Of a DNA stretch of 64,000 bases, positions 34,519 through 46,929 are shown piece after piece. The stretch is taken from the NCBI GenBank assembly GCA_046541715.1, contig JBKHCS010000001.1:34496-98495 (forward strand), read 5' to 3'. The stretch is from Spirochaetaceae bacterium (GTDB lineage: Bacteria > Spirochaetota > Spirochaetia > DSM-27196 > PWMO01). The position numbers were made by a program, and so were the translations under genes. Below the pieces are notes generated by a model. That model saw only the letters and a program-made list of their open reading frames with translations, was not told where the DNA came from and searched no databases. The number at the start of each line of letters is the position of its first letter. Within the stretch, counting starts at the first letter, position 1.

Positions 34519-35460
34519 ATGAGTGATAAAGTTCTAACACCGCCGTCTGGGGACCCCGTGGTCGACTTTTCCCATCGGCGACGCCCGGGAGAATCGGTCA
34601 TCGAGACGATTCTGGTGGTATGCGCGACCTTGTCGATTCTTACGACCGCGGGGATCGTGATTATTCTGGCCGGGGAGTCGTGGCTCTTTTTCGGGAACCC
34701 GGACGTTACTCTTATTGAATTCTTTACGTCTACCGTGTGGCAACCGGTCATCGGACGTTTCGGCGTGCTACCCCTGGTAAACTCCACCTTGATGACGAGC
34801 ACGATCGCGATGCTGTTTGCCGCACCCACCGGCCTCTTCGTCGCGATCTACTTAAGCGAGTACGCGAGCGAATCGGTCCGGGGATTCCTAAAGCCGATTC
34901 TCGAGGTCCTCGCCGGAATCCCAACGGTTGTCTACGGCTATTTCGCCGTCACCTTTATGACTCCGCTGCTGCAGTCGGTTTTCGGCAACGATATCGTGGA
35001 TTTCTACAACACCGCGAGCGCCGGGCTGACCATGGGAATCCTTATTCTTCCGCTGGTCACCTCGATGATCGAAGACGCTCTCAGCGCGGTGCCTTCGAGC
35101 CTCCGGGAGGCTGCTTACGGCCTCGGCTCCACCAAGATGGAGACCTCGATGCAGGTCGTCGTGCCGGCTGCTTTCTCCGGCATAGCCGCAGCGATCATCA
35201 TCGGGCTCTCACGGGCCGTCGGCGAAACGATGATCGTCGCCCTTGCCGCCGGTGCCGGCCCCCGGTTTACATTCAACCCCTTCGAAGCAGCTGAGACCCT
35301 GACCGGCTACATCGTCCGCATTAGCGGCGGCGACATCAGCTACAACACCGTCGACTATAACAGCATCTTTGCCCTGGGTTTGCTGCTCTTCCTTGTGACC
35401 CTGATCCTTAACGTTATCAGCCGCCGTATTGTCCGGCGGTTTCAGGAGGTGTACGAATGA
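34519..35460 (+). CDS. pstC: Phosphate ABC transporter permease PstC
   Basis: 313 aa, multi-TM, EAA-type loop (REAAYGLG). Confidence 0.9.
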   Translation: MSDKVLTPPSGDPVVDFSHRRRPGESVIETILVVCATLSILTTAGIVIILAGESWLFFGNPDVTLIEFFTSTVWQPVIGRFGVLPLVNSTLMTSTIAMLFAAPTGLFVAIYLSEYASESVRGFLKPILEVLAGIPTVVYGYFAVTFMTPLLQSVFGNDIVDFYNTASAGLTMGILILPLVTSMIEDALSAVPSSLREAAYGLGSTKMETSMQVVVPAAFSGIAAAIIIGLSRAVGETMIVALAAGAGPRFTFNPFEAAETLTGYIVRISGGDISYNTVDYNSIFALGLLLFLVTLILNVISRRIVRRFQEVYE

Positions 35461-36764
35461 GCGGTCTTCAATCCGCGGCGCAGACGGAAACCGATCGGGG
35501 CGCCTCGATCGTCATTCCCAAGAGCTCCCGGATCGAGCCGATGGAGAGTAACCTCCGTCGGCGGAGGAACTCCGGCATTACCTGGCAGGTCGTATTCTAT
35601 ATCGCTACGACGATTTCCGTGCTCCTGCTCATCGTCCTGCTCCTGAACATCATGAACGGCGCTTTCGGCTTTGTGATTGTTCAAGACGAAATTCCGCCGA
35701 AGGATCTCGCCGTCGACGGCGTGATGCCCCAGGAGTTGTCTGAACAGCAGCTCATCTCGATCCTCGAAAACAACCTTTCAACCGGACTCATCCGTCGTTT
35801 CAACTTCGAGATGCCGTTGGAGGAGCGCTCTCAAAGCGAGCTTTATCAGTTGGTTCTGGAAAGGGTCATCAATCAGGAGGTCGTAGAGGCCTTTAGCCTG
35901 GCGGAGTCGCTCCTCCGGCAGGACGAGATCCGCCGGGAGCTCGCCGAGGTGGAGGACGGACGGCTGTTGTTCCGCTCCTGGCTGAATTGGCGCTTCATAT
36001 CCACTCCTCAGGCCAGTAATCCCGCCCGGGCGGGTATCCGGACGGCAATCTTCGGCTCCATCTGGATGATTGTCCTTACAGTGGCTATTGCCTTCCCGAT
36101 CGGTGTCGCCGCGGCGGTCTACCTAGAGGAGTACGCCAAGGACAACCGACTAAATCGGCTGATACAGGTGAACATCTACAACTTGAGCGGAGTTCCATCG
36201 ATTATCTACGGTCTCTTGGGCCTGACGGTGTTCGTCCGGTACATGGAGCCCTTTACCAGCGGCGTGATGTTCGGGTTCCGGGACGCCGCCACGGCGAATG
36301 GACGGACCATCATCTCCGCCGGTGCGACCTTGGCGCTCTTGATCCTGCCGATCATCATCATCAACAGCCAGGAAGCGATCAAGGCCGTGCCCAACTCCCT
36401 GCGAGAATCGAGCTACGGTCTCGGGGCGACCAAGTGGCAGACTATTTGGCACCACGTAATCCCCACATCCTTCGACCGGATTCTGACGGGGACCATTCTT
36501 GCGATCTCCCGGGCCGTCGGAGAGACCGCGCCCCTTGTCGTCGTCGGGGCTTCGACCTTTATCACCTTCGACCCGACTAGCATTTTTAGCAAGTTTACGA
36601 CGCTGCCGATCCAGATTTATCAGTGGTCGGCGCGACCACAGTCGCAGTTTCGAAATGCAGCCGCAGCCGCGATCATCGTTTTGTTGATCCTTCTTCTGAC
36701 GATGAACGCAACGGCAATTGTTTTGAGAAACCGCATTAGCAAAAAGAGGAGGCTCGGGCTATGA
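35457..36764 (+). CDS. pstA: Phosphate ABC transporter permease PstA (long form)
   Basis: 435 aa with a [13 protein letters not shown] loop. Start overlaps the pstC stop. Confidence 0.9.
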   Translation: MSGLQSAAQTETDRGASIVIPKSSRIEPMESNLRRRRNSGITWQVVFYIATTISVLLLIVLLLNIMNGAFGFVIVQDEIPPKDLAVDGVMPQELSEQQLISILENNLSTGLIRRFNFEMPLEERSQSELYQLVLERVINQEVVEAFSLAESLLRQDEIRRELAEVEDGRLLFRSWLNWRFISTPQASNPARAGIRTAIFGSIWMIVLTVAIAFPIGVAAAVYLEEYAKDNRLNRLIQVNIYNLSGVPSIIYGLLGLTVFVRYMEPFTSGVMFGFRDAATANGRTIISAGATLALLILPIIIINSQEAIKAVPNSLRESSYGLGATKWQTIWHHVIPTSFDRILTGTILAISRAVGETAPLVVVGASTFITFDPTSIFSKFTTLPIQIYQWSARPQSQFRNAAAAAIIVLLILLLTMNATAIVLRNRISKKRRLGL

Positions 36765-37549
36765 GCGATACGGCGACGGCGACCGCAACGACGGCCATCG
36801 ATATAAGACACCTTAATATGTACTACGGCGACTTTCGCGCCATTAAAGACGTCTCCATTAGCTTTCTCAAGAACGAAGTTACGGCCCTGATCGGGCCTTC
36901 CGGGTGCGGCAAGAGCACCGTCCTGCGCACCCTCAACCGGATGAACGACCTGATTCCCGGCACCCGGACCGAAGGCGAGGTGCGGTTCCACGGAAAGAAC
37001 ATTTTCGACAAGGACGTCGACCCGGTCGAGATTCGCCGGCGAGTCGGCATGGTTTTTCAGAAACCGAACCCCTTTCCAAAGAGCATCTACGACAACATCG
37101 TCTGGGGAGCGAAGATCAACGGAATCCACGGCAACTACGACGAGCTCGTTGAGAACACGTTGAGAAGATGCGCCCTCTGGAACGAGGTAAAGGATAAGCT
37201 CAAGCAGAACGCCTTGAGACTATCCGGGGGGCAGCAGCAGCGCCTCTGCATCGCCAGAACGATCGCGGTAGAACCGGAAATCGTGCTGATGGACGAGCCT
37301 GCCTCGGCTCTGGACCCCATCGCCACCGCGAAGATCGAGGACCTGATCAACGAGCTCAAGCAGAATTTTACCATCGTTATCGTGACACACAACATGCAGC
37401 AAGCGGGGCGCGTCTCCGACAAGACGGCCTTCTTTATGGTCGACGAGGAGCGATCGGGTTACCTTGTCGAGTTCGGAAATACGAAGGAGCTCTTCTTTAA
37501 CCCGCAAAAGGCGGAAACGGAGGCTTACATTTCCGGACGTTTCGGTTAG
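36761..37549 (+). CDS. pstB: Phosphate ABC transporter ATP-binding protein
   Basis: [22 protein letters not shown]. Start overlaps the pstA stop. Confidence 0.95.
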   Translation: MSDTATATATTAIDIRHLNMYYGDFRAIKDVSISFLKNEVTALIGPSGCGKSTVLRTLNRMNDLIPGTRTEGEVRFHGKNIFDKDVDPVEIRRRVGMVFQKPNPFPKSIYDNIVWGAKINGIHGNYDELVENTLRRCALWNEVKDKLKQNALRLSGGQQQRLCIARTIAVEPEIVLMDEPASALDPIATAKIEDLINELKQNFTIVIVTHNMQQAGRVSDKTAFFMVDEERSGYLVEFGNTKELFFNPQKAETEAYISGRFG

Positions 37550-37559
37550 GATTCTTAAG

Positions 37560-38219
37560 ATGGACGGACGAACACACTTATTACAGGGGCTCGACGAGCT
37601 CCATCAGTTGATTTTGCGAATGGGGACCCAGGTTGAAGAGGCCATGCGAAAGGCCATCTCCGCCGTGTCCCAGCCGAGCGTCGAACTCGCCTCTGAAGTG
37701 GTCGAGGGGGATCAGGGCATCGACGGTCTTCAAGCGTCTATAGAGAACCTATGCGCTCGGATTATCGCGACCGAGCAACCCGTTGCCGGTGACCTGCGGG
37801 ACATTCTGACGAGCATGAAGTTCGCCGCAGATCTCGAACGCATCGGGGACCATGCGCGCCACGTTGCCGCTGCCATCGAGAGCATATCCGATCCTACCTT
37901 TGTCGCGGTTCTCCCGAACCTCCGGGATATGGCCACGGCCGGCACGGCGATGCTACACGATACCTTGACCGCCTTTATCGAGCAGGATGCCGACGGCGCG
38001 GAAGCCGTGGCTAGGCGGGACGACGAAATCGACAAGCTGCATCACGTTGTCTACGAGCAGTTGGTGTCGATTATGCAAGAGAAACCCGAGAGCATTCCAC
38101 ACGCCATGCACATTATGTTCATTAACCGCTTCATGGAGCGATTAGGGGACCACGTGACGAACATGTGCGAATGGGTTGTCTTTCTAAAACGCGGAAAGCA
38201 CGTGGAGCTGAATCCTTAG
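37560..38219 (+). CDS. phoU: Phosphate signalling complex protein PhoU
   Basis: Start at ATG 37560 (MDGRTHLLQGLDEL). Duplicated E(R/x)xGDH motifs (DLERIGDHARH, ERLGDHVTN). Confidence 0.9.
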   Translation: MDGRTHLLQGLDELHQLILRMGTQVEEAMRKAISAVSQPSVELASEVVEGDQGIDGLQASIENLCARIIATEQPVAGDLRDILTSMKFAADLERIGDHARHVAAAIESISDPTFVAVLPNLRDMATAGTAMLHDTLTAFIEQDADGAEAVARRDDEIDKLHHVVYEQLVSIMQEKPESIPHAMHIMFINRFMERLGDHVTNMCEWVVFLKRGKHVELNP

Positions 38220-38240
38220 CGAAGGACGAGGTACGGTCGG

Positions 38241-38935
<695 letters not shown>

Positions 38936-38936
<1 letters not shown>

Positions 38937-40636
38937 TGGCCGGACATCGCTTTCAAAGCCGATATCTCCTGCTTTTCGTAATCAGCGTCGTCTTGATCTG
39001 TTCGGCCGTCGCGGTCCTCGGATTCACCCGACTCCGCAGGGGCATAGAGGAGCTGTCCCGGGCGGACGCTCGGAACACCCTTACTCTGGTCGAGGAAGTC
39101 GTCGAATCCACCGGCGGAAATCCCGCGCCCGGAACCACCTGGCCGACGGACGGGGGATCGGTTCGGGTACTCTCTCTCCCGGAGGTCCGAAGCGAGTTCG
39201 GCTTTGTCGGTAACTTGGCTTTTCCCATGGAGTTCTCTACCGTCGGCCGGACGGAAGCCGGACGGCAACTGGTCGTCGCCCGATCGCTCGGGGATACCCC
39301 TCTCGTGCTCGTCGCCGAAGTCTCTCTGGCGTCCGACGACCGACTTCTCGGGGATATCACGGGTGCATTCACCTTCGCGGCGATTTTAGTGGCTCTCTCG
39401 GCAACGGCCTTATCCATCGCGGCGGATCGTTCCATAGGCGCAGCGGTCGACCGGTTGGAGACCGCGGTCCGGCACTTTGCCGCCGGGGACCTCGACCATC
39501 GAGCGCGGGTACCGGAATCCCCCGCACTGTCCTCCCTTGCCGGCGCCCTCAACGACATGGCCGGTCGGTTCCAAACGACTCTTGCGCAGGTTACCCGCCG
39601 GCGGAACGAGTTGGAGGGGATCCTCTCGAGCATGGTCGAAGGCGTTATCGTTCTGGACACGGCAAAGCGCATATCCGCTATCAACGCCTCCGCAGCCCGC
39701 CTCTTCGGCGTCGACGCCGGGGAAGCACAGGGGCAACCCCTTATCGCTTTCTTGCGAAACTCCGAGGTAGAAGAGTTCGCCGACGATACTCTCGCGAGCA
39801 TGGAGCCGGGAGAGCGGACCATTACCGTTTTCGATGTTCAGCCGGTTCACATCCAGCTCCATGGAACGGTGCTCCGGGGGGACAACGGGAGGGTCATCGG
39901 CGCCTTGATCGTGACGAGCGACGTCACCCGCATCCGTCGTCTCGAAACGGTCCGGCGGGAGTTTGTCGCAAACGTCTCCCACGAGTTGCGGACTCCGATC
40001 ACCTCGATTCTCGGTTTCGTCGAGACGCTCCGGGAAGGGGCGATGAAGGACCAGGATCGCGCGCGCCGGTTTCTAGAGATTATTCAATCCCACGCGAACC
40101 GGCTTAATCTAATCATTGAAGACTTGCTCAGCCTCTCCCGGCTGGAGTCCTACGACGCGACGATCCCGGTGCAGAAGTGTGAGATTCACGAGATTATCAA
40201 CAACACCAAGGTGAGCGTCGCACCCGCTGCGGCGCAAAAGAGCATTTCGATCGAAGACAGCTACTCCGGGCCCACCGAAGTAACGGCGAACGCAACACTC
40301 TTAGAGCAGGCGATAAAGAACCTGGTGGACAACGCCGTCAAGTACGGCCCGGAGAACACCGCCGTCCGGCTTTCGGTTCGAAACCGGGATGGCTTTCTTA
40401 CCGTAGAAGTCTCCGACAGCGGCGTCGGTATTCCGGCGGCGGACCTTCCACGGATCTTCGAGCGGTTCTACCGGGTCGACCGGGCGCGAAGCAGGGACCT
40501 CGGCGGCACGGGTCTCGGACTCGCCATCGTCAAACACATCGCGATTGCCCACCGGGGGTCGGTGACCGTAGAAAGCACCCCGGGAAAGGGAAGCACCTTT
40601 GTGTTCTCGATTCCTCAGGATTCGGAGCCTTCGTAG
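38936..40636 (+). CDS. phoR: Phosphate regulon sensor histidine kinase
   Basis: GTG start overlaps the phoB stop. It has a TM segment, HAMP, PAS, H-box SHELRTPITS and an HATPase domain. Confidence 0.85.
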
Positions 40637-41664
40637 ATTTCGGTGCGGTCTCTGCCCCGTTTCTTGGCAAGGTACATAGCCTGGTCGGCCTGACCTATCC
40701 ACTCGTCCCGGCTCTGCCCCCGGTACTCGGCAATTCCCATGGATATGGTAAACCGCACTTCCGGGTCCTTTTCGCATTGGATGCTGGTTTCGTGGACGGC
40801 CTCCCGGAGGCGGTCGGCAAACTGCTGTGCGTGGTATAGGTCCGTCGCCGGAAGCACCGCGAAGAACTCCTCCCCGCCGTATCGGCCGACGTGGTCGTAC
40901 TTTCGTACCGAGCTCCGCAGGAGGGCTCCGAGCCGCTCGATAACCTTGTCGCCGCAACCGTGGCCGAGGGTGTCGTTGATTCGCTTGAAGTAATCAATGT
41001 CGAGCATGATCCCGCAGAGGGGTGAGGAAGATCGCTGCGCCCTGTCGATTTCAACTTCGATCATGCCGAAGAGGCTCAGGCGATTGAGGAGCCCCGAGAG
41101 AACATCGAAACGGGCGATCCGCTCGAGGTCCGAGTTCGCCTCCTCGAGGGCCCGATAATCGTCCTCGATCTTGTCGAACTTACGCCTCAGCCGGACGTTC
41201 TGGTCCAAGACCCTCGACGAGAGCTCCTCCTCCTGCCGAACGGCTCTCCGGTAGAATTCCCGCTCGTCGTAGAGGAAAGACTGTTGCTTGAGGCGGAGCA
41301 CGGCCGCCAACAGCTTGAGCTCGACCTCTCGCTCGTCTACAGGGAGGAGGAGAAAGTCGTCGGCCCCTTCCTCCAAGGCCCGCCGGATAGAACGAGTGTC
41401 CTCTCGGTGTCCCAAGGCGATGACTTCCAGGGGGCGTTCAAAGTAGAGGTTTCGAAATTCCCGGCAGAGGTGCATCCCCTGGTTCTCCTCGGTAACGTGG
41501 ACCAGGGCGATGTGGAAGCCGGATAGCCGATCCTTTGTCAGGCTCCGCGCATCGGACCCATCGAGAACCACGGCGCAGCCTTTCTGCTCTAGGAGCGACT
41601 TTAGCTCGGCTCCCTGGGGATGCGCCGAGTAAAACAGAAATATGCGATAGTCCGTATCCGCCAT
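40615..41664 (-). CDS. Diguanylate cyclase with N-terminal degenerate receiver domain
   Basis: GGEEF active site with an RxxD I-site 5 residues upstream (RKYDHVGRYGGEEF). The receiver-like domain lacks the acidic pocket, the phospho-Asp (LVHV) and the conserved Lys. Confidence 0.85.
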   Translation of the reverse strand: MADTDYRIFLFYSAHPQGAELKSLLEQKGCAVVLDGSDARSLTKDRLSGFHIALVHVTEENQGMHLCREFRNLYFERPLEVIALGHREDTRSIRRALEEGADDFLLLPVDEREVELKLLAAVLRLKQQSFLYDEREFYRRAVRQEEELSSRVLDQNVRLRRKFDKIEDDYRALEEANSDLERIARFDVLSGLLNRLSLFGMIEVEIDRAQRSSSPLCGIMLDIDYFKRINDTLGHGCGDKVIERLGALLRSSVRKYDHVGRYGGEEFFAVLPATDLYHAQQFADRLREAVHETSIQCEKDPEVRFTISMGIAEYRGQSRDEWIGQADQAMYLAKKRGRDRTEIYEGSES

Positions 41665-41680
41665 CCTTTCCTACCGGAAC

Positions 41681-43225
41681 CTACCAGAGCCGGGATGCCG
41701 CGATCTGGGTTCCCCCGATAATCGCTCCCAGAAGGGCCCCAAACAGGTTTATCCACTTGAGATGTTTCGCGATTACCATCAACAGCAGCCGCTCGACGTC
41801 CGCTACATCGAGAGCATTTATGCGGTTAACGACAAGACCGTAGACATCCATAGCGGCTACAATCGACGGAAGGTGTCTTTCCGTCATCTTCAATAGACCA
41901 TCGGCAATTCGGCCGTCGATCTTTTCCTTTGTCCCCGGCTCGAGTGTCACGAGGTCTCTGAGCGTAACGCCATGGAGACCATCGAGAAGGGTCTCGACTA
42001 CCCTAGGCACGTTCCCGGGGCCCCCTTCGATGGCACCGAGAACGCGGATCCGGAGCTCCCGCCGGGTAGCTTCTTCGTCTCCTCGAGTCAAGAGACGACC
42101 GATATCGAGCAAGGTCTTATCCTCGAGGGCAACCAGGCGCCCGAGGGTCGAAGAGACCACCGCGTCCTCGGCGGTAGGAGATTCCAAGAGATCCACCAAG
42201 CGGTCTACGAGCCAGTCGAGAGCCTTCCGGGGGTTGACTCCGGCGCTATCCGCGGCGCTGTCTAGGGGTATCTCCTTTAGACGAGCGACAAAGGTCCGAA
42301 TGCCCGCCAGAACCATCGCACGGTTTTCGCTTCGCCGTCCCGCGTCCTCGAGGGAGGCAATCGCGTCCGAGACGATATCCGGCATGGTTTCGTCGAGTCG
42401 CCGGTCGTACTGTGCCGCGGTTACCAAGAAGCGTTGAAAAATCGTAAGGCGCTCGACAATGTCTCGCACCAGGCCCCGACCCCTGGTTTCCATCTCCCGG
42501 CGAACCGCCGGCTCTTTGAGCCACCGGACCAGCGCCTCGAGGGCGGGATCGTAGAGATGATTCGCAAGCTCGAGTATCATCTCGTCGCTCTTTTCCGGAA
42601 GAAGGACCGCGAGGGTTGCCCCCTCCTCTGACTCCCGGTCCGCCCAATGGTTCGCCGCTTCCTTGAGCGATTCTCTCAATGGGCCTTCGAGGAGTCTCCG
42701 GTACCCATCTCGAATCGCCTTTCCCCTCGCTTCCCCCTCGGGCAGAAACCTTCTGAGCCTGACCGTCCCCAGGGTCTCGATAACGGCATCCACGAAGGCG
42801 ACTACGATACGATGGGGACCGGCGCCCGCGGCGGTGCCGGGACTTCGAAAGCTGCCGCCGCCGCTAAAGATGTCTCGTACCGTCCCCTTTAGGATGTGGG
42901 CGTCGATCGGGCGGTCCAAAAGGCTCTCGGTGGCCCCGCCGACCGCCTCCGCCGCCCGGGCTTGGAACCCTTCCCCCTGAAGATGCCCCCGGACGGTTTC
43001 TTCGGTGATGAGTTGCGTCGACACCATCTTCCCGATACTCTCCGCGAGGGCAACCCGCTGCCGCGGTATAATCCCGGGGGTAAAGGGAATACGCATTCCG
43101 AGAACTCGCTTCTCCGTCAGAGGACGAAACAGCATTCGTATGGCGATGTAGTTGGTCACGTATCCGATAATCGCGCCGAGAAGCGGAGGGATAAGGTACG
43201 GAAGATACGGCTCGATGGAGGTCAT
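41681..43225 (-). CDS. DUF445-family membrane protein
   Basis: Start at ATG 43225 (ATGA overlap with the upstream gene). N-terminal GAIIGYVTNYIAIRMLFRP and C-terminal INLFGALLGAIIGG are DUF445-like. Confidence 0.65.
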   Translation of the reverse strand: MTSIEPYLPYLIPPLLGAIIGYVTNYIAIRMLFRPLTEKRVLGMRIPFTPGIIPRQRVALAESIGKMVSTQLITEETVRGHLQGEGFQARAAEAVGGATESLLDRPIDAHILKGTVRDIFSGGGSFRSPGTAAGAGPHRIVVAFVDAVIETLGTVRLRRFLPEGEARGKAIRDGYRRLLEGPLRESLKEAANHWADRESEEGATLAVLLPEKSDEMILELANHLYDPALEALVRWLKEPAVRREMETRGRGLVRDIVERLTIFQRFLVTAAQYDRRLDETMPDIVSDAIASLEDAGRRSENRAMVLAGIRTFVARLKEIPLDSAADSAGVNPRKALDWLVDRLVDLLESPTAEDAVVSSTLGRLVALEDKTLLDIGRLLTRGDEEATRRELRIRVLGAIEGGPGNVPRVVETLLDGLHGVTLRDLVTLEPGTKEKIDGRIADGLLKMTERHLPSIVAAMDVYGLVVNRINALDVADVERLLLMVIAKHLKWINLFGALLGAIIGGTQIAASRLW

Positions 43226-43608
43226 GGGTCGGTTAGACCTCGCGATGCGTTGACCGCTTGTTCCCGGGAGGTCGTCAAGATAAGCTCGGCTCCGTAGATC
43301 CAGCCTTCGACTCCGGCGGACCGCACCTGGTACCAGTGGTGCTCCTCGCCGTCCCGGGCGACCGTGTAGTTCGTCTTCCCCACGACTTCTACGATCGCCC
43401 CCCGCCGCAGATGCCCTTCGATGGCGGCATCGAAGCCCGGAGAAGCGACCACCGGAGTATAGGGAGAAACGGCGACGGCCCACCCGGCGCGAAGAGCCAG
43501 CACCGGGGTAGTCGGTAACTCAACGTCATCGATCGTCTCCGGCCTGTCGCATCCTGCCGGCAAAATGAGAAACGCGAGGGCCATCGCGGCGATAGCAAAG
43601 CGCGTCAC
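43222..43608 (-). CDS. Lipoprotein with SH3b-like domain
   Basis: Lipobox LPAGC after a signal peptide. WYQVR...GWIYG is SH3b-like. The GTG start overlaps the uvrB stop. Confidence 0.55.
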   Translation of the reverse strand: MTRFAIAAMALAFLILPAGCDRPETIDDVELPTTPVLALRAGWAVAVSPYTPVVASPGFDAAIEGHLRRGAIVEVVGKTNYTVARDGEEHHWYQVRSAGVEGWIYGAELILTTSREQAVNASRGLTDP

Positions 43609-45599
43609 GGCGTCGCCGCAGCCTTTAGCTCGTCTATCTCGTCCCGGAGGACCGCGGCCTCTTCGAACTCGAGGTTTTTCGCGTGTTCGAGCATCTGCCG
43701 TTCGAGCTCCCGGATCAGCTGTTTGCGCTCTTTCGGGATCAGGATGTTGAACCCGGCCTTCAAGATCTCGACGGTCTGTCGCTCGTTGTTTCGCTTCTCC
43801 TCTTTTTCCCGCACGATGATTTCGTGAATCGCCTTCCGTATGGTTTGGGGAGTTATGCCGTGGGCCTCGTTGTACTGTTCCTGGATCCGGCGGCGGCGGT
43901 TGGTCTCGTCGATCGCCTCACGCATCGCGTCGCTTTCTCGGTCGGCGTACATGATGACCCTACCGTTTACATTCCGGGCGGCCCGGCCGATCGTCTGAAT
44001 AAGCGAGGTCGCGGAGCGCAGAAACCCGATCTTGTCGGCGTCGAGGATCGCGATAAGCGAAACCTCAGGAAGATCGAGCCCCTCCCGGAGCAGGTTGATT
44101 CCGACGAGCACGTCGTAGGCGCCGGAACGGAGTTCGGTCAGCAGTTCCACGCGCTCGATAGTCTCGATCTCGGAGTGAAGGTAGCGCACCCGGAGCCCCA
44201 TCTGCCTCAGATAGTCCGTAAGGTCCTCCGCCATCTTCTTGGTAAGCGTCGTCACCAAGACCCGCTCGTCCGCCGCTATGCGCTCCTTTATCGCCCCGTA
44301 GAGGTGGTCAATCTGTCCCTCCGTCGGTCGAACTTCGATTTGTGGGTCCAGGAGTCCCGTCGGTCGGATAATCTGCTCGACGAGTTGTCCCGACTTCTCC
44401 ACCTCGAGGTCGCTCGGTGTCGCCGAGACGTATATCACCTTGTCGAGAAGCGCTTCGAACTCGTCGAAGACCAGAGGCCGGTTGTCCAGGGCCGAGGGCA
44501 GGCGGAACCCGTAGTTGACCAGGGAGAGTTTTCGGGATCGGTCGCCGGCGTACATCCCCCGAACCTGAGGGAGGGTAACGTGAGACTCGTCGACGAAGGC
44601 AAGAAAGCGATCGGGGAAATAGTCTAGGAGTACCGCCGGTCGTTCCCCCTCATCCCGCCCGCTCAGATGCCGGGAGTAGTTCTCGATGCCGCTGCAATAT
44701 CCCATCTCGTCGAGCATCTCCAGGTCGTAGAGGGTCCGGGTCTTGAGTCGCTGGGCTTCGACGATCTTGTTCTGATTTGTGAGCTCGTCGAGGCGATCGT
44801 CGAGCTCCCGCCGAATACGGTCGATGGCAAGCCGGACCTGCTCCTCCGGTGTCACGAAATGCTTCGCAGGGTAGATGATGGCAACCTCGAGCTCCTCGAG
44901 AACTTCCCCGGTCAACGGATTGAATCGGAGGATGCGCTCTATTTCGTCCCAGGCAAACTCGACCCGGATTGCCTCTTCCAAGTAGGCGGGGAAGATCTCG
45001 AGGACATCCCCCTTGATGCGGAAGCGGCCCCGTTGGAGAACCGCGTCGTTGCGCTCGTACTGAAGCGAGATGAGCTTAAGACGCACTTTGGAGATATCGA
45101 CGGTGGTACCCTTGTCGAGACGGAGCCGCATACCCCGGTAGTCTCGAGGACTCCCAAGGCCGTAGATGCAGGAGACCGTCGCGACGACGATGACGTCGCT
45201 CCGTTCGAGAAGGCTCGTCGTGGCCGAAAGGCGCATCCGGTCTATTTCGTCGTTAATCGACGAATCCTTCTCGATGTAGAGATCCCTCGAAGCGACGTAG
45301 GCTTCCGGCTGATAATAGTCGTAATAGGAAACGAAGTACTCCACCGCGTTGTCCGGAAAGAAATCCTTGAACTCCCGGTAGAGCTGCGCGGCCAGCGTCT
45401 TGTTATGCGAAAGGACGAGGGTCGGCTCCTGGACGGCCTCTATCACCTTGGCCATCGTGTAGGTCTTGCCCGATCCGGTAACGCCTTTTAGGGTCTGCTG
45501 GGCCAATCCCCTCTCGATTCCGGCAACGAGCCTTTCGATGGCCTGCGCCTGGTCCCCCGCGGGGCTGTAATCCGAAATTGTGCGAAACTTTTCCGGCAT
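43605..45599 (-). CDS. uvrB: Excinuclease ABC subunit B
   Basis: Start at ATG 45599 ([17 protein letters not shown]). GVTGSGKT motif and a C-terminal UVR motif ([10 protein letters not shown]). The ORF-track start would overlap htrA. Confidence 0.95.
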   Translation of the reverse strand: MPEKFRTISDYSPAGDQAQAIERLVAGIERGLAQQTLKGVTGSGKTYTMAKVIEAVQEPTLVLSHNKTLAAQLYREFKDFFPDNAVEYFVSYYDYYQPEAYVASRDLYIEKDSSINDEIDRMRLSATTSLLERSDVIVVATVSCIYGLGSPRDYRGMRLRLDKGTTVDISKVRLKLISLQYERNDAVLQRGRFRIKGDVLEIFPAYLEEAIRVEFAWDEIERILRFNPLTGEVLEELEVAIIYPAKHFVTPEEQVRLAIDRIRRELDDRLDELTNQNKIVEAQRLKTRTLYDLEMLDEMGYCSGIENYSRHLSGRDEGERPAVLLDYFPDRFLAFVDESHVTLPQVRGMYAGDRSRKLSLVNYGFRLPSALDNRPLVFDEFEALLDKVIYVSATPSDLEVEKSGQLVEQIIRPTGLLDPQIEVRPTEGQIDHLYGAIKERIAADERVLVTTLTKKMAEDLTDYLRQMGLRVRYLHSEIETIERVELLTELRSGAYDVLVGINLLREGLDLPEVSLIAILDADKIGFLRSATSLIQTIGRAARNVNGRVIMYADRESDAMREAIDETNRRRRIQEQYNEAHGITPQTIRKAIHEIIVREKEEKRNNERQTVEILKAGFNILIPKERKQLIRELERQMLEHAKNLEFEEAAVLRDEIDELKAAATP

Positions 45600-45603
45600 A
45601 CGC

Positions 45604-46848
45604 TTAGTCCCACTGAAATCGTTCCGGGCGTTCGGAGAGTACGACGGTCGTCGACCGCTCCCGGCGTCCGCGGAGATAGACAACCCCTACCTCCTCTCCC
45701 GGGGCGTTGTCCTCCAAGGCCTCGTAAAGGTTCGCGATGGTGGCCACCGCGTGTCCGTCGACTTCGACGATGATGTCTCCTCCGAGGTAGATGATGGTAT
45801 TCCCGTAGCGAACCGCATTATCGGGATCACCCCCCCGAAGGCCTGCCCTTTCCGCGTTGCCGCCGGGTATTATCTCGGATATCAGCACACCTTGACCGAC
45901 CGGAAGATCCGCGTAACGGACGAGTTGTGGGAAGAGCTGCCGGGGCACGATGTCGATCCATCCGCGCCGGACGGCGCCGAACTGAATAAGGTCCGGGACG
46001 ACCCTCCTTGCCGTGTCGACGGGAACCGCGAAGCCTATGCCGATGGACCCTCCCGAAGGAGAGTAGATCATCGTGTTGATACCGATCATGGTTCCCGACG
46101 AATCGAGGAGCGGTCCGCCGGAGTTGCCCGGATTGATCGAGGCGTCGGTTTGGATCATGTCTCGGATTACCAGGTTGTTCGACGTCCGGACGGGACGTCC
46201 GAGACCGCTGACAATCCCGACCGTCAAGGTCCGGTCCAGTGCAAAGGGGTTTCCGATAGCGAGGACCTTTTGACCGATGCGAAGGTCCGCAGACGTCCCC
46301 ATCGGAATCGTCACAAGGTCCACCCCGGACGGTGGCTCGAACCGCACGACGGCCAGATCGTTCTCGGCGTCGGTGCCGATTACCTCGCCCTCGATCCGCA
46401 GACCGTCCGCCAGGGTCACGAAGACCTTGAAGGCATCGGAGACGACGTGGTTGTTGGTAAGAACGTATCCCCGGGCATCAATGATCGAACCGGAGCCCGA
46501 GCCTCCTTCCCGGGGCACCGGCTCGAGAAACCAGTTGTAGGTCACCGTTTCGGTGGTAATGTTTACGACGCCGGCGTTTCTCTGCTCGTAGACGCGAATA
46601 TTCTCCAGCTCGTCCGCCGAGTAGCCCGCGCCGTCCTGCACCGGCCGGAGCGACAGGTCCTCCGGGACGGTGTTCGTCTGGTATTCAAAAGGGGAACCCT
46701 CGTCTCTTCGGTCGACGCCGGCCGTCTCCGAGACGGACCCCGGGGAATCTCCGAAGGGAATAATCCCGAATCCGAGACCGAGAAGGATGAGGACAGCCAG
46801 TACGGCTGGGAAAACAGTGTATGGAATTCGGGGGGGTCGACGACGCAT
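45604..46848 (-). CDS. htrA: HtrA/DegP-family serine protease with PDZ domain
   Basis: N-terminal TM anchor, catalytic TNNHV...D...GNSGGPLL, and a C-terminal PDZ domain. Confidence 0.9.
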   Translation of the reverse strand: MRRRPPRIPYTVFPAVLAVLILLGLGFGIIPFGDSPGSVSETAGVDRRDEGSPFEYQTNTVPEDLSLRPVQDGAGYSADELENIRVYEQRNAGVVNITTETVTYNWFLEPVPREGGSGSGSIIDARGYVLTNNHVVSDAFKVFVTLADGLRIEGEVIGTDAENDLAVVRFEPPSGVDLVTIPMGTSADLRIGQKVLAIGNPFALDRTLTVGIVSGLGRPVRTSNNLVIRDMIQTDASINPGNSGGPLLDSSGTMIGINTMIYSPSGGSIGIGFAVPVDTARRVVPDLIQFGAVRRGWIDIVPRQLFPQLVRYADLPVGQGVLISEIIPGGNAERAGLRGGDPDNAVRYGNTIIYLGGDIIVEVDGHAVATIANLYEALEDNAPGEEVGVVYLRGRRERSTTVVLSERPERFQWD

Positions 46849-46862
46849 GCTGTCTCTGCCGG

Positions 46863-46891
46863 AGTATACCGAACTTCCGGGAAAAATCCAA
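46863..46891 (-). promoter_or_regulatory. Sigma-70-type promoter of htrA (TTGGAT-N17-TATACT)
   Basis: Read on the minus strand. The -10 ends 14 nt before ATG 46848, so the leader is very short and has no SD. Confidence 0.4.
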
Positions 46892-46929
46892 CGTCGCCCT
46901 CCTTCCGGCGGATATTTCTACGGGCGGCG

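Noticed and set aside
43226-43483. N-terminal extension of the DUF445 ORF, and similarly 45600-45683 for uvrB
   Set aside because: The extensions overlap the upstream genes in another frame. The internal starts give canonical N-termini and ATGA/GTGA coupling.
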